From positions 310,001 through 374,000 of the forward strand of contig JAAOMT010000735.1 of NCBI GenBank assembly GCA_016748015.1: a stretch of 64,000 nucleotides of DNA. Reading direction: 5' to 3'. Positions 51,601 to 64,000 of the stretch are shown one piece after another. The notes under the pieces are model-generated. The model was not told the origin of the DNA and made no database searches. It saw only the letters and a program-made list of their open reading frames with translations. Each line of letters opens with the position of its first letter. Position 1 is the stretch's first letter. This DNA is from Geosiphon pyriformis uo1. Lineage: Eukaryota; Fungi; Glomeromycota. The position numbers and the translations under genes were made by a program.

Positions 51601-54600
51601 ACGCAGTTTTACCGTCTAATGAATAATGCTATTGACGATATTTCATTGAGCGATCATTGGCTCATTAGGGTAGGAGCGGTGACTTATTGGTGGAAATTCT
51701 TCGAGAACGGGCTTCAAGAGGTTTTCTTGTCTGGAAAAAATGAGGATGTGATTGTTCAAGGGTTGGTTGACGATTTGCTGGACAAGCTCGTCAAAGCAAA
51801 ATTTCCAATTGTATTTCAGAATCTAATCTTGTCGTTGACAGGTAATATTCGTTTTTCATACATTCATTTCAATCGAGAATTTTGAGACTAACTTAAATTT
51901 TCTAGGCCTCTGTCTTGCTTTGAAATCGTTAAACATAACATCAACGCAGACCCAAGCGGCACGCCTTTTACAATATCTGCTTGATAATTACATTTTTTCG
52001 GAATTTGCTGATTTACAAAATCAACAACTTGAACATGATTGGAGCTTTATTTCAAATGATGAAGTCCAATTTGCGTGTATGCTTGCTTTAGGATATTTGG
52101 TATCATTAACTTCTATGGATGAAAAATTGATCTGTGAGGTCATTGACATATTGATTGGAAAATTGGCCGGTTCAACTACAAGGTTGGTCTTTAGCAATAA
52201 TCATCGAAAGGCTATTAATATATTCCTCACCGTTCGTTTTGATTCTTAGGATTAGTTCTGAATGGAGATTCTTTGCAGCTAGTTATACCCTTGGAATTCT
52301 GTTAGCCTGCCTTAGTTCATCTCCAACAAAAACAATTACTTTATCAAATATTTGCTCCCAAACGATATCTTATCTCGAGGATTTATTGACAAACAATGAT
52401 CTGGATTTTAATACCACTTTGGGGATTATGTTGGGGCTAGCGAATATTGATCGTGAGCAAGAGCAGAGGGTTGAGCGCGTGTATCAGACATCTTTAACAA
52501 CTGTAAAGAGGTTTATAGATACAGCTGGTATAATTGAAACGAACAAGGGTATCGTTGTTGGGGCAGTATGGTTCATTAGCTTCTCCTCGGGAAAGAAGCT
52601 CAGCGAGGAAATTGTGGAGATACTAGGAAAGGCAATGCAGATTGCTGAAAAATCGGTATATTCTGGATTGATTCGATTTTATTATTAAGATGATCGGCTA
52701 TTTATAACTAAAAATCTTCGCAAAAATTAGGTTGAGTGGAAGCAATATCATTTTCATTTCGCACAAGCTTATTTTCATGCTCTTCAAGCAATTCTTGAAT
52801 TCGCCCCATCCTCGCATAATCTTTCGTCCTTTAATGGTCAAGTTCACTTTCATCTACAAGTCCTTTCTTCCCCGAGTTCAAATTCTAGCACTCGCTGTCA
52901 TTCAATCATCACGCTAGGGACATTGGCAGGGGTTGACTTTATATCTCTACCAAGAAATAATTCTAATGACTCATACTTCTTTAAATCTTCCTCTGACAAA
53001 ATTATTTTTGAAGTGCTGAATACCTTACGGCATTTCACCGGCCTAAATGAGCAATCATTGGCTATAAATGATCCAAAAGCAGGCCGTTTAGCGGCTGTTG
53101 TTTTGGGTCGATTTTTGGTGAACATTGAATTACTCGATCAAGACGATGAAGAATTCGAGCTAAAATTTTCAACAACAAGTACTGAACCAAAAGACTATTC
53201 CCGATTTTCAACTTCAAGCTATTTGCGAGCATTGTTTGATGGATTAAATTATATGTCAACTAGTGAGTCCATTTCGAAAGTTTTTCATGTCTATTTGCGT
53301 CAATAATAATAATAATAATAATAATAATTTATTTCCGAACCAAAGGAGCGATGAGTGAATCACCGATTTCAATTGAGACTGTTGGCTTAATATTATCTGC
53401 GTTTACCGCCGTGAATTTTGCCCTTCCCCCAATTAATTGGTTTATTGTCCTTTCGAGATTTAATGAACTTCCCTTCAAAAAATTCAATCTTCACCATCAA
53501 TGTATTCTAATGGCATCCAAGCATTGTTCTCAGTCCACCTCTTTATTAGAATTTCTTGTTCACAAATTGATTAGCTTTTCAGAAATCCAATCAGATGATG
53601 AACTGAAAAAATTATTACTAGAACGCGGTTTAGCAAAAATCTTGAAAATCTCTGGGTTCGGAAAGATGGACATCAATCAAGAGGATAAAACAACAGAGAA
53701 AAAAGGAATGAATATTAGCAAAACATTGATCGTCCCAAATTCACGTGTAGTTGAAATTGTGAAGGGGATCGTGGGAAATTTGTTCAAAGAAACGGCCAGC
53801 AAACAAACTCAGGTATGTTACCTGAAACAGATTAAATTTTAAATCCGTATACCTAATGGCAATATTTTGTAGGATTTGCAACTAACTTTCCTTTCAACGA
53901 TGACCGAACACCTCTCAGCACATAAAGATGAGATACCATCAGTCGGGGCATTAAATGGACTTTACAATGATTTGGCTTCTGTCCTAAAGATAGCTTACGA
54001 TCAGTTGGGTGGACCGTCTAATGCTATTGAAGAACAAATCATTCGTCTCGCCGTTCAGTGTGCATTTTTTCGTATAGAGGATCTAAATTACTTTGGTTCT
54101 GCAAATAATTTTTCAGAATTGCAGAAATATGCCCTCGCTGTTTGCACATTATATGAGCTGGAACGGGTCGATTCTCCCAACAACCTGACTCAATTGCTAC
54201 AAGATTGTTTGGGAACTTTTGTCAGCACCTCAAATCTTGATGACTCTCAGACGGTCATGATTTTTTCTTGGATTGGCAGAGCAATCCGCTCTACTATCAT
54301 CAACAGTTCAAAGACTGGTATAGACAAACGGTTGAAGCTAGCATGGTTAGTTAGAATTCTGGATGTGCTAATTGTTGGATCTGGCTCCCGTAACAATAGT
54401 AATCAAAATTTAGAGTATGAAGTAGTAGTTTCTTTAAGCGGAATCTTGAATAACACTTGGAAGAACAAAGTGGCACAACGTGATTGGGATGTTGAAAATT
54501 TCCTGCAGATGGTCCAAAATATTGTGAGTGTCAGACAATTAACTGCAACACTGCCAGAAGAGGTTGACTTTGAGCAAGCGGACGATGAGATGAAAGGATT

Positions 54601-54839
54601 GCAACAACAGGTGAAAACTGTTCAATTCATTTAACATCGTATCTTTCAAAGCATTTTTTAAAAGTGGGTTCTTTTTTTAGATCATCAAGCGTCTAATTAG
54701 ATTGCTTGAAATTAGTTATGAGTCAAATCCTAATGGTGAACTGCATTTCACTTTTTACTTTGTTCTACTGAGACTGAGACATTTAATTCCAGAGGATTCA
54801 TTTTGGATTTTATTAGATAATTGCCCAACCTTTATCTAG
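48611..54839 (+). CDS. Focadhesin/RST1-like large ARM-repeat protein (DUF3730 family), multi-exon
   Basis: Long helical exons joined by GT-AG introns. Motifs HPFILVITIKPEAWKTLLSQL, EPKDYSRFSTSSYLRA and LPPINW recall focadhesin motifs (HPLI.VL...P..W...L.QL, P.DYSYL..SS, PP.NW). The last exon and stop (TAG 54837-54839) are less certain. Confidence 0.72.
53302..53328 (+). repeat. (AAT)9 microsatellite in an intron
   Basis: Perfect AAT run. Confidence 0.9.
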
Positions 54840-54948
54840 GGCTTTCTAAATTAAGGAATTTCGTGGTGCCATTTTGGATCATGATCAATTTTTTAGTCTT
54901 AACTCATTAAAGTAATTTACAATTTTTATATTCTTTGCCCAAAGCATA

Positions 54949-56374
54949 ATGGTTCCCATCGAAAATTCACTTATTCTTAAATCTACTGGTCTGCCTATGC
55001 CTTTGGTTGGACTAGGTCTTTGGAAAGTAGGATAATTTAACGTACTGTTAATAGAAACGTTGATAAGTCTCGCTGATTCTGCTTTTCTCTCAGGTTGACA
55101 AAGATAAAGCCGCTGAAGTCGTGGTTGAAGCTTTGCGCACTGGCTATCGACTCCTGGTAAATTTTATCTGAATAAGTCCCATTTTACCAAGTTTTATTCA
55201 GAACATGGGTTAAGTTCTACATTAGGATAATGGAAGTGATTATGGGAACGAGAAAGAAGTTGGCCAAGGTCTTCAAAAGGCATTTGATAGTGGAATTGTA
55301 AAACGCGAGGTATCGTATCATTTATATTGGTTAAGTTTAAATAAACGGCACCAAATTTAATTGATGCCTATTTTAGGATATTTTTGTGGTTTCCAAAGTG
55401 AGTCATTGCTTTTAAATATGTTCATGAATCACACTCAACAAAGCCATCAGTTAATAAATAAAATGGTTGCTCTGCACAGCTCTGGAATACGTTTCACAGC
55501 CGTGAAAATGTTCGACCAGCTTTGGAACGTACACTGAAAGACCTTGGATTGGATTACCTTGATCTTTACCTTATCCACTTTCCTATTTCTCTCAAATACG
55601 TGGACCCTGCCATCCGCTATCCTCCCGGCTGGTACTATGATCCAGCTGTCGAAAAGGCAGTCCAGGAAAATGTGACTATACGGGAAACTTGGGAGGCGAT
55701 GGAAGAACTGGTCAACGCTGGATTGGTTAAAGTAAAGTCTCCCTTGACATGTAAAAAAACTCTGTTTATAGAAACGTCGCATATTTAAACCCAATTCTTT
55801 TGATCCTCGAATTTCAAGCATATAGGCCTATCAAATTTCTGTGCTCCTCTTATTCAGGATCTTCTCAAATATGCTCGCATCAGGCCAGATGTTTTGGAAA
55901 TTGAGCATCATCCATATTTAACTCAAGAGATGCTTGTTCAATATGCTAAATCTCAAAATATTGCCCTCATCGGCTACTCCTCATTCGCTTCCCAGAGCTA
56001 CGTTGAATTGAATTGGGATAAGGCAATCAATTATCCTTCACCTCTGAAACACAACCTTATTACTGAGATCGCTCAAACTTATAAAAAATCTCCGGCACAG
56101 GTACGTGCTATCTTGAATGTTTAGGTTTTGCAGATTAGAGACCTTATAATAACCTATTCTTCAATTATTTCAGATACTACTTCGTTGGGCAGTTCAACGA
56201 GAAATCGCTGTAATCCCAAAATCCAATAATTTGGATCGGGTTATAGAAAACAAGGAGATTTTTGATTTTTCATTAACAGAAGAAGAGATAAATAGAATCT
56301 TGTCGTTGAACATTAACGTTCGGTTTAATGATCCTGGAGAATACATGGGGCCTAATTTCGCTATCTTTGCTTGA
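54949..56374 (+). CDS. Aldo-keto reductase, xylose/aldose reductase (AKR2/XYL1-GRE3-like), multi-exon
   Basis: [15 protein letters not shown]|[16 protein letters not shown]|[58 protein letters not shown]. Confidence 0.93.
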
Positions 56375-56808
56375 GAATTGAGGTTTATACCAAGTTAATC
56401 CCAAGATTCGAAATTTAATTGATAGAATGTTTAAAACTTTTATGCATTGTCATAATTTAAAATAACTGCTATCAAAATTTCTACAGTTTTCCCTTGAAAA
56501 GGGGCCACAACTCCTTTGTATGCGTGTCACAACTTATCACATCGTGATACTAAATATCGCAGATAGCCGATTAATGATGAAAAATGACTAAATATTTTGT
56601 ATACTATAAAAGATCGGTATAAATAGACCAAGAATACTTAACCCTAATTTCCTACTCTGCAATTATTATTTCACTGAACATTATCTACAAGGTAGTCGGA
56701 ATTTTCACCCTCCTCCTGTACTAAGGCCCTTAAAAAATTGTAAGGAAAAAGATCAGTTTTAAAGAGCAACAAGAATTAAATAAGATTGTGACTCAAAATA
56801 TATTTGGC

Positions 56809-58018
56809 ATGGAAACGAAAAGAGACATAAGTAAGGGCCATGTCTATAATGGAAAACCGCATCGTCCACCTAGCGCATATCAGCCAAACCTTTTTCCACT
56901 TAACCCCACTGAGGGGAATCCGTGGGCACATATTGACTCGAATGTACCCTATGTGTCTCATCAAAATGAAATGAGTGACCATGAACGGGATTATCATAAC
57001 CTGCGTCATTCATATGGACGTTCTGACTATGATAGGTCATATTCTAGAGTAAATGGGGCAGGCCAGCCGTATTCAGGTGGACATTATGACGAAAGTTATG
57101 ATAACTATTATACGAGGAATCAACGCTCATCATATAATCAAAGACTGAATTCTCAAAAAGAGTCGCGTCGTCATTCAGAGAATGAAGCCCACCATGAGTC
57201 GTCGTATAATGGGAAACGTCATGAGCCTTATTTTAATGGCTCAAAACAGCAGCGACACAAAGAGCGAACCTCAGAACCTTCTAAAAATTATGTTAATGAT
57301 ACTAACACAGATATTGCTACTAATAATTCAATGGAACCTGAGACTTCTGCGCAGATAAAAATAAAGGAATTAGGACCCAAAGTCTCACCACCAATAATTA
57401 AGGCTCTTCATACCGGCCAACCAAACGGCAAGCGGCTTTTGTTACGTTTTATTCAGTTTCTTGCCAGTATTGCCGCGTTTTGTTTCATTGTTGGGGCTCC
57501 TGGCGTAGGTTATTTGTTGAGGCATTAATGCAAACCGAATTTTTATGAGCAAAAGAATGAACTTATTGAATTTATTTGATATCTAGTATTCCGGTCAGGA
57601 CACTCCATTCGGAGATAAATCCGGTGTGATTGTTCTCTATATTCTCTCCATGTTATCCTCTCTAGTCTCCTTATATTTTCTCATAAACTACTGCACTCGT
57701 CGTTTTAAACATGGCGAAAAATTAAGGCGGTGGATTTTACTTGGTGTGGATATGTTTTTTGCTATTTCATGGGGCGCAGATGTTGTTATCTTGGTTGACA
57801 AGTTTAAGTGTTCCCCTGGAGGTTATAATCATTGGTAAGTGGGAAGTTGAATTTGTCACAAGCCTATTTGAATTCACTAAATTGTTCAATTTAGGTGTGA
57901 TTTTTACAATACGAGTATCTTTTTTTCGGTGGTTGCTTTCGCTTCATATACAATATCCTTTTTTTGGGATATTGTGGGAAGTTTTTCGAAAAAATCCCAA
58001 ATGAACTACGCAGCGTAA
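56809..58018 (+). CDS. Membrane protein with a disordered N-terminus and a C-terminal MARVEL-like 4-TM domain, 3 exons
   Basis: Hydrophilic Y/S/R/H-rich N-terminus, then LLLRFIQFLASIAAFCF, three more hydrophobic helices and C..GG...W|CDFYN. GT-AG introns at ~57505-57587 and ~57835-57894. Confidence 0.75.
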
Positions 58019-58464
58019 GGAAAAAGCGCTTTTGATATTGGTTACTGCTTCTATTTTCATTTTTGGATAAAAGAGAATGAACATTGAGTTTTTTGTCATT
58101 TAATAATATTATTGGAGTCCTTATTTCAAAGAGCCCAAGTTCTTAAAATATAGGACATTACACAAAGGGGTCGCTTTAATTTTATTTAGGAACTCTTCCT
58201 CTTTCAATTCCTCTTGTCATTTTTATGAACACGTTCAGCTTAGTTATTTCATATTATCCTTAAATGATAGTGATTTCGGAGCATAATTAAAATTCTTTTT
58301 TGACGCGTTGTTTATGGATCTACTGAATGTTATTCCGAACACTGAAAATCATACATAAAAAAACGATATAGTAACTAAATTGGCTTTGTTATCGATTTAG
58401 CAAGTTCCATGGCAAATCAGGAATAGGACTTGCTCAAAATTTTTAACCAAGAATATTGTAGATG

Positions 58465-58469
58465 AAAAA
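58465..58469 (-). terminator. Pol III oligo-T terminator of tRNA-Ser
   Basis: TTTTT on the minus strand about 12 nt after the tRNA 3' end. Confidence 0.65.
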
Positions 58470-58481
58470 TTTAGGTGTTTT

Positions 58482-58563
58482 CGTCGCCTGCAGGATTCGA
58501 ACCTGCGCGTCCAAAGGACAATGGCTTAGCAGGCCACCGCGTTAACCACTCCGCCAAAGCGAC
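58482..58563 (-). tRNA. tRNA-Ser(GCU), intronless
   Basis: GTCGCTT/AGGCGAC acceptor stem, D-arm TGGCGGAGTGGTTAACGC, anticodon arm GTGGC-CTGCTAA-GCCAT, long variable arm GTCC-TTT-GGAC, GCAGG-TTCGAAT-CCTGC, discriminator G. Confidence 0.97.
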
Positions 58564-59659
58564 TAACTGTTCTTACCATCACTCCTACTTATTGATAATT
58601 AGATAGCATTTAAGGATCAATTTTTACAAATTGCTTCTCACGAAAAACTTCATGAGAACATAATCTCTTTAATCCTTAAAGCTTGTATGGGAACCGAGAC
58701 ATTTGTGTTTAGATAGATTTACCACGCTCGTAGTATGGGAATTCTTTTTTCACAGCGGTATTTCTTTGAGAAGATAGTGCTTTCTGCAACTCTGAAAGCT
58801 CCTTTCGAATGTTTTAGATAAACATGACCACAGAATAATGTTACATTCTCCCGCCTATTTGAAATCATTTATATTATGAATCAAACTCTATCAACTTTAG
58901 ACTGGTTTTATGTTTCAAATTATTTTTGAATATTCCTATCAACTCTGTTGAAGCTTTGACTTAAATCGCTAAAGCAATTACTTTCAAAATGCTCAACATC
59001 AATGCTTCTGCATTTTACCTGACTCTCAACCAGGTTTTCGAGAAACTACAACCACGGAGATTTAATCAAAGACATTCACCAAGTATGTTCTATAATCAGT
59101 TATTAACCTGCTTATTGACTTGATCATTAATCTGATCAGTAACCAAATTATTAACTTGATTATTTGTATAATTAAAACTTTTTAGAGCTGTGGAAAATCA
59201 CTAAAAATAATGAAAATTTTTATTTAATTAATTATTTCTTAACAGTTTTTCAAATTAAAGTTAACTGACATTTTTTTGAATTTGTATTTTTGTTAAATTA
59301 ATTTAAAAAATAAAAAACTTGCTTTTGTAATTTATTGAATAAACAATGGTTAAAAATAAATATTTTTTGTAATTTTATAAAATTTTGTTATTTGTAATTT
59401 TAATTTATAATAATATTAACATAATTATTTGCATTTAATTTGTTATTAATTCTTATTAAACAATGTTAAATTTTTTTTATATATAATTTTGACCATTTTA
59501 TTTTATTTAACAAGTACAGTTTAATTACTACTTACTACAATACAATTTTAAAAATTTCAAAATAAGTATGATGTTATAAAACTGTTTTTTTTTGATATAT
59601 TAATATTAATAGTTTTAATTAAAACTGTAATTAGTTTTTTAATTCTGATTATTTAATAT

Positions 59660-61987
59660 AGCCCATAGAGGGGAATCTCATCAGTATCTCAGTATTTTTT
59701 TGTCAACTGAGGGTTTTTCAAAGCCTAACTTGACTAAGACACATTCGGATGTTCATTTTTTTATTAATTTGGTTCTGAAGAAGGCAGTTTCAGATAAGCA
59801 ATTCTTGTATCTGGTGTCAGCAGTTCTCCATCCCATAATTGGCTACAGAATACAGTTTGGCTATATTCCTATTGGTATGTGTGATAAATAGGATGCTCTG
59901 ATTCACAGGAGCTTGAAGCTAAAAGCTGGTCTTTCACTGGATTTTCTTAGTGATATTATTCACCATTCTTCCTTTTATGGTTTAAAGTCATTTTCACAGT
60001 GTCAATCTGAGAGTAAAGTGGTTTCGCTTATTAGTTTTGCGAACTCTAGTGGGATTTTGGGATGTCTGTTTGGTCACAGATCACATGATTTACAGATTCT
60101 GTGTTGGCAGCCCATTCACCTACTGATCTCTCCTGCTCGTATTTGCGTCAGTGTTTCTAATAATTTCTTGGCTGATATAGTTCACATTCTCCTTGATTGC
60201 AATTTGTCTTTGGGTGGCTCTTTGACCAGTGCTTTTTGGTTTTATGACAGGGTTCCTATGTCTGTTGTTCTTGATAAGTCTTTGTTTTTCAAGTTTTTAT
60301 CTTTTTTCCAGTGTTTTGGCATTGCTTTTGTGGATTAGCTTTGTAATCGACATGGTGTTGTTTTTAGCTAGCACATCTTCAAGTGGTAGAAGAGACTGGA
60401 CCCTCATGGCCTGGTTCCTGATTGGTTCAGACCTTCTGTTGCATTTTTTGCAGCTTTTCATTCCTCTTCCACAGCCTCAGTTGGTGCTGGTCTTCTTAAC
60501 TTTTGTGAGTCTGATGATTTTGTGTTTGCCCACAATTGTCTTTCTCAGGTTAACATTGATAGTTTGTCAGTATATACGGATGGTTTTTTGAGGAATTTGG
60601 GCACAGTTGATTGCAGAGCTGGAGCAGTGGTTTTTTTTGAGAACATTGATTTGAGTGTGGGTGTTGGTGTTTAAGGTTTAGTGTTATCTACTTTGGCGGA
60701 GTTACAGGCTATAGTGTTGGCTTTGGAGTGCATGTTTGCAGCTCATTCTGTTAATTTGTTTTCGGATAATCAAGCAGCTTTAGATGCTTGTAAGTCTGAG
60801 TTAAGCCTGGTGTGCCCTGACTTTCGCAATTGATGTTGGGTCGAGCGTTAGTATATTCGGAATGTTATCCACAGTAAGAATTTGAAAGTTAGCTGGCACA
60901 AAGTCAAGGGCCACTCCAGCATTTCAGAGAATAATCGTGCTGATAGTATCACTGATGCTGCTTCTCTATCTGGTTGGTATCTCTCTTTTCATATGGATGA
61001 ACACTTTTTGTTGACGGATGATGGTGTTGTTTCTGGTAATTTTAGACACTTTGTTTGAAATGTTTGTTATGCAGTTTGTCGTGCACACTGGAAGGTCAGT
61101 TCTGGTTCTGGATTTCTGGCTAGTAGTTTGCATTCAGATGTTGACTGGCTTAGCTCTTCTAGGGTTTGGCATCCTGACTTGCATATGGCCACCAGTTTTA
61201 TTAGTAGACTCACAGCTGATACTCATACTTATCTTATGAAGGCTTTGTACTATTGGCTTTCTGTAACTGTTTGGAGGCACATTTACAATAAATGTTACCC
61301 TAATGTTCTGTATCTGTATTGTGGTGAGGTAGAGGTTTCTGATCATGTGTTTTCTTGTGTGGTTGATGATTTGGCTTGTCATCAGGTTCTGGAATCCTGC
61401 ATGTTTTCTTGGAAGTCACTTTCTGGGCTCTTTTTTTCCTCTTCGGTTGTGTTGCAGTTGATGTTATCCTGTGCTCTGGATTTACTGGTTTCCTTAGCTT
61501 TTTACAAGAGTTTTGTTTTCAATGGTTGGCTTCAAAAAGCTGTTACTGTCTTCCATGACCCCAAGATTGCTGGTGTTAAAATTACTGATTTTATGCACTC
61601 TATATGTTCTACTTTTAGGAATAATATTTGGTTGGTCTGTGCCAAGCATTATGCTTTTATGGAAAAAAATGGCCTGATTCCAGTGGACGGGTCATTTGTC
61701 ATCCCAGTTTCTGGTTTGGTTTCGAGATTTTCAGCTGGTGTGGTTAAATTGTTTGGTATTACTGAAGCCTTTGGCGTTCTTTTTGGTTTTTGCAAGTCTT
61801 GTTCGTTTTTTTCAGACATTGGTGACCTGGTGTCTGTTAATATAGTTGTGTAGTGTTGTCTTGACTGGCTCGAGTGGCTGGTCACATGTGGTAAAATGCA
61901 TGATTCACGCCTAGTTTAGATTATTTCATTGATGTATAGTTCTAAGTGGTGTTTGGACCTCACTCATTAAACGTAATAAAAAAAAAA
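59660..61987 (+). mobile_element. 5'-truncated LINE copy 5 (end of RT, RNase H, CCHC, 3' UTR, A-tail)
   Basis: Begins abruptly at HRGESHQYL. Closest to copy 4. 9-bp TSD ATTTAATAT at 59651-59659 and 61988-61996. Confidence 0.93.
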
Positions 61988-62665
61988 ATTTAATATTGTT
62001 AATGTTATAATAAAGAGTTTTCTATTAAAATTACAAATAAGTTTTTTTTAATCTTTGTTGCTTTTATATATAATGTATTTTTTTTAAAAGTTAATCTAAA
62101 ATCTATTTACTATTATTGGAGTTTTTTTTGAGACTATTTTTGCAATTGTCTAAAGTGTTTCTTTAATCTAAAACATGAAATATTAATGGTCTTAAATGCT
62201 TTTTCTAAATAAAACAATAAAGTTTTTTATTAATATAATGTAATTTTAATCAACTTAAATAACTAATTACATGTAAAAAATACATATGTTATATATAAAT
62301 AAATAATTATTAAATAACATTCAATAAACATCAAAAAAATGTAATTTGAACGTAATAATAACTTGAAATCCTTTCCTGGTTTATTTTTTTTTTATTTCAA
62401 ATACTTATTGATAAACCAAAAAATTTACCCGTTTTTTGGTTTTACTAAAGAAAAAATTGCTATATTAGAAATCAAAAGCAATTAGAAAAAATATTAAAAT
62501 TTGCATAGCTTAATAAATTTTTTAACAGTTTGATATTTGTGTATTTAATTATGTAATGACTGAGAATTCTGATTGGTTGCGAACAGCGATAAATTCTTAC
62601 CAACATAAGAACTCAAATATTATAAAAATTCACGAGACATCATTCTCCTTTCACAACTGGGAGAT

Positions 62666-64000
62666 ATGCAAAATCCTGGGCAAGGGGAAAAGGGTCATGT
62701 AAAAGCCACTAAGACTAATAATGGCTCTCGTTCCAAACCCCAGAATAATAATTTGGCTGGAGTCATAAATTCCTTCAACACTCTTGCCGTCACACCAAAT
62801 GAGGGGGCGATTCTAACGAGGGACCCATCTGTGGCTAATAATATAAGACAGGAGAACACTGATCGTAAGGGCGGTATAAGAAAATCAGAAGGAGGGAAAA
62901 AGAATAAGGCAAATGGGCGTGGGAGTGGTAATAATGCTAAAGAAAGAGTTGGATCAGCTTCACGTTCAAGTAGTGTCCACAGTCGCAACTCCAATTTTGC
63001 CAACCGTGAGAATCGGGCGAATAATAGGGAACCTAGTGAGGAAGGTGTTCTTAGCTCACAAGCGAACAATATTCAGGTTGAAAATTTTGTGAGTCATAGT
63101 CAAAACCCATATTTAACACCAATTTATAAGAGGGACAAGGAGACAGAAAGTTTTCATAGAGTTGGAATGAATGGTCCACCAGCAAATAACATGATGCAAC
63201 CACAACCTCCAATACTAAACCATGCTCCACAGCCTATGCCTCATCAAACTTTCAGGCCTGCTGTTCAAGTGCAATCCTTTCAAACACCAGTTCAGCTTGT
63301 AGCACCTCCAGAGCCTCCTTCAATGACTTCCGAAAACACTGATACCGTTGATGTTAAGCTCAAAATTTCAGCTTGGCATACATTGGCGGATTCAAAGGCA
63401 AAATTAAAGGATGGTCTTGGAACTGGTAACCTGCACCGTCAAGGGAAAAATTATATTCCAGTTGCTGAAGAAACTGTTTTGGAGATTCAAAGTAAGGGCG
63501 GGGGAAAGAAAAAGAAGAGAGCTTCAGCTCCCACAACAAGGCGTAAATCTTCAAGCGCCAGTAAGGTTGGCTTAAAGGGAAAAGCAGGCCCAAAACCTGA
63601 AACGATAAAGCCAAAAATAAACAAAGGTCCCAAGATTTCAAAAGAACCTAACAAACCAGTTTCTGTTGTGCCTAGCGTGCAACCATTGGGTTCAAGATCA
63701 AATATTATTCTCACCAATCCTGAAAACCTCCAACAACAACAACCTCAATTTAATAATAACAATCGAAATCAATCAACTGCACTCGGGAATCAAAATGGTT
63801 TTCATCAACCGCTACCTCAACAATCAACGACTCTGTATACACCTGTATATCAAAGTTCATCGCCTTCAGGTCCTACTATAGGAAGCTCTCCTAATTTTAT
63901 TCGACCAACACAGCCAATACAGCTATCACATCCAAATCCCAGTATTTGGAAAGAACCTCAACATCTTGTCAATGAAAGATTCTGGGAGTTACCGAAGAAT
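62666..64000 (+). CDS. N-terminal part (445 codons, runs off the window) of an unidentified protein; low-complexity and disordered, with a basic NLS-like patch
   Basis: The frame from ATG 62666 (MQNPGQGEKGHVK...) stays open to the window end. It is missing from the ORF track because it has no stop. Contains KGGGKKKKR and P/Q/N-rich tracts, retains CpG like the host genes, and has a reverse CCAAT (ATTGG) at ~62572. Confidence 0.8.
   Translation, partial: MQNPGQGEKGHVKATKTNNGSRSKPQNNNLAGVINSFNTLAVTPNEGAILTRDPSVANNIRQENTDRKGGIRKSEGGKKNKANGRGSGNNAKERVGSASRSSSVHSRNSNFANRENRANNREPSEEGVLSSQANNIQVENFVSHSQNPYLTPIYKRDKETESFHRVGMNGPPANNMMQPQPPILNHAPQPMPHQTFRPAVQVQSFQTPVQLVAPPEPPSMTSENTDTVDVKLKISAWHTLADSKAKLKDGLGTGNLHRQGKNYIPVAEETVLEIQSKGGGKKKKRASAPTTRRKSSSASKVGLKGKAGPKPETIKPKINKGPKISKEPNKPVSVVPSVQPLGSRSNIILTNPENLQQQQPQFNNNNRNQSTALGNQNGFHQPLPQQSTTLYTPVYQSSSPSGPTIGSSPNFIRPTQPIQLSHPNPSIWKEPQHLVNERFWELPKN

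Noticed and set aside
58482-59660. tRNA-targeted insertion of LINE copy 5
   Set aside because: The distance is ~1.1 kb and the other four copies have no adjacent tRNA.

Overview
Eukaryotic (fungal) genomic DNA with short GT-AG introns, most likely a Glomeromycotina/Mucoromycota species. The transposon families resemble those I associate with Geosiphon pyriformis; that is recognition from memory, not a search result. Bases 1-36.6 kb are a transposon cluster: a decayed Ty3/Gypsy element carrying a dUTPase, a Cys-rich insert and a nested solo LTR; a FYR-domain pseudogene; a second, extremely AT-mutated Gypsy relic; and three LINE copies. Bases 37-64 kb hold intact host genes (SDR, PPE1/PME-1, focadhesin/RST1-like, aldo-keto/xylose reductase, MARVEL protein, tRNA-Ser(GCU), a partial disordered protein) with two more LINE copies. 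The main result comes from comparing the five copies of this APE-RT-RNase H LINE family by eye. ORF1 appears to start at a conserved non-AUG (AUU) codon behind a 5' stem-loop. ORF2 is coupled to ORF1 by an AUGA stop/start overlap. The ~130-nt 3' UTR folds into a covarying multi-stem structure with a candidate pseudoknot. A CpG-preserved fragment of that 3' UTR, containing a GTCACGTG E-box, lies in the SDR promoter region. All repeats show graded C>T/G>A hypermutation that spares the host genes. Two 20-N gaps are present, and one is flanked by an artefactual 734-bp duplication.
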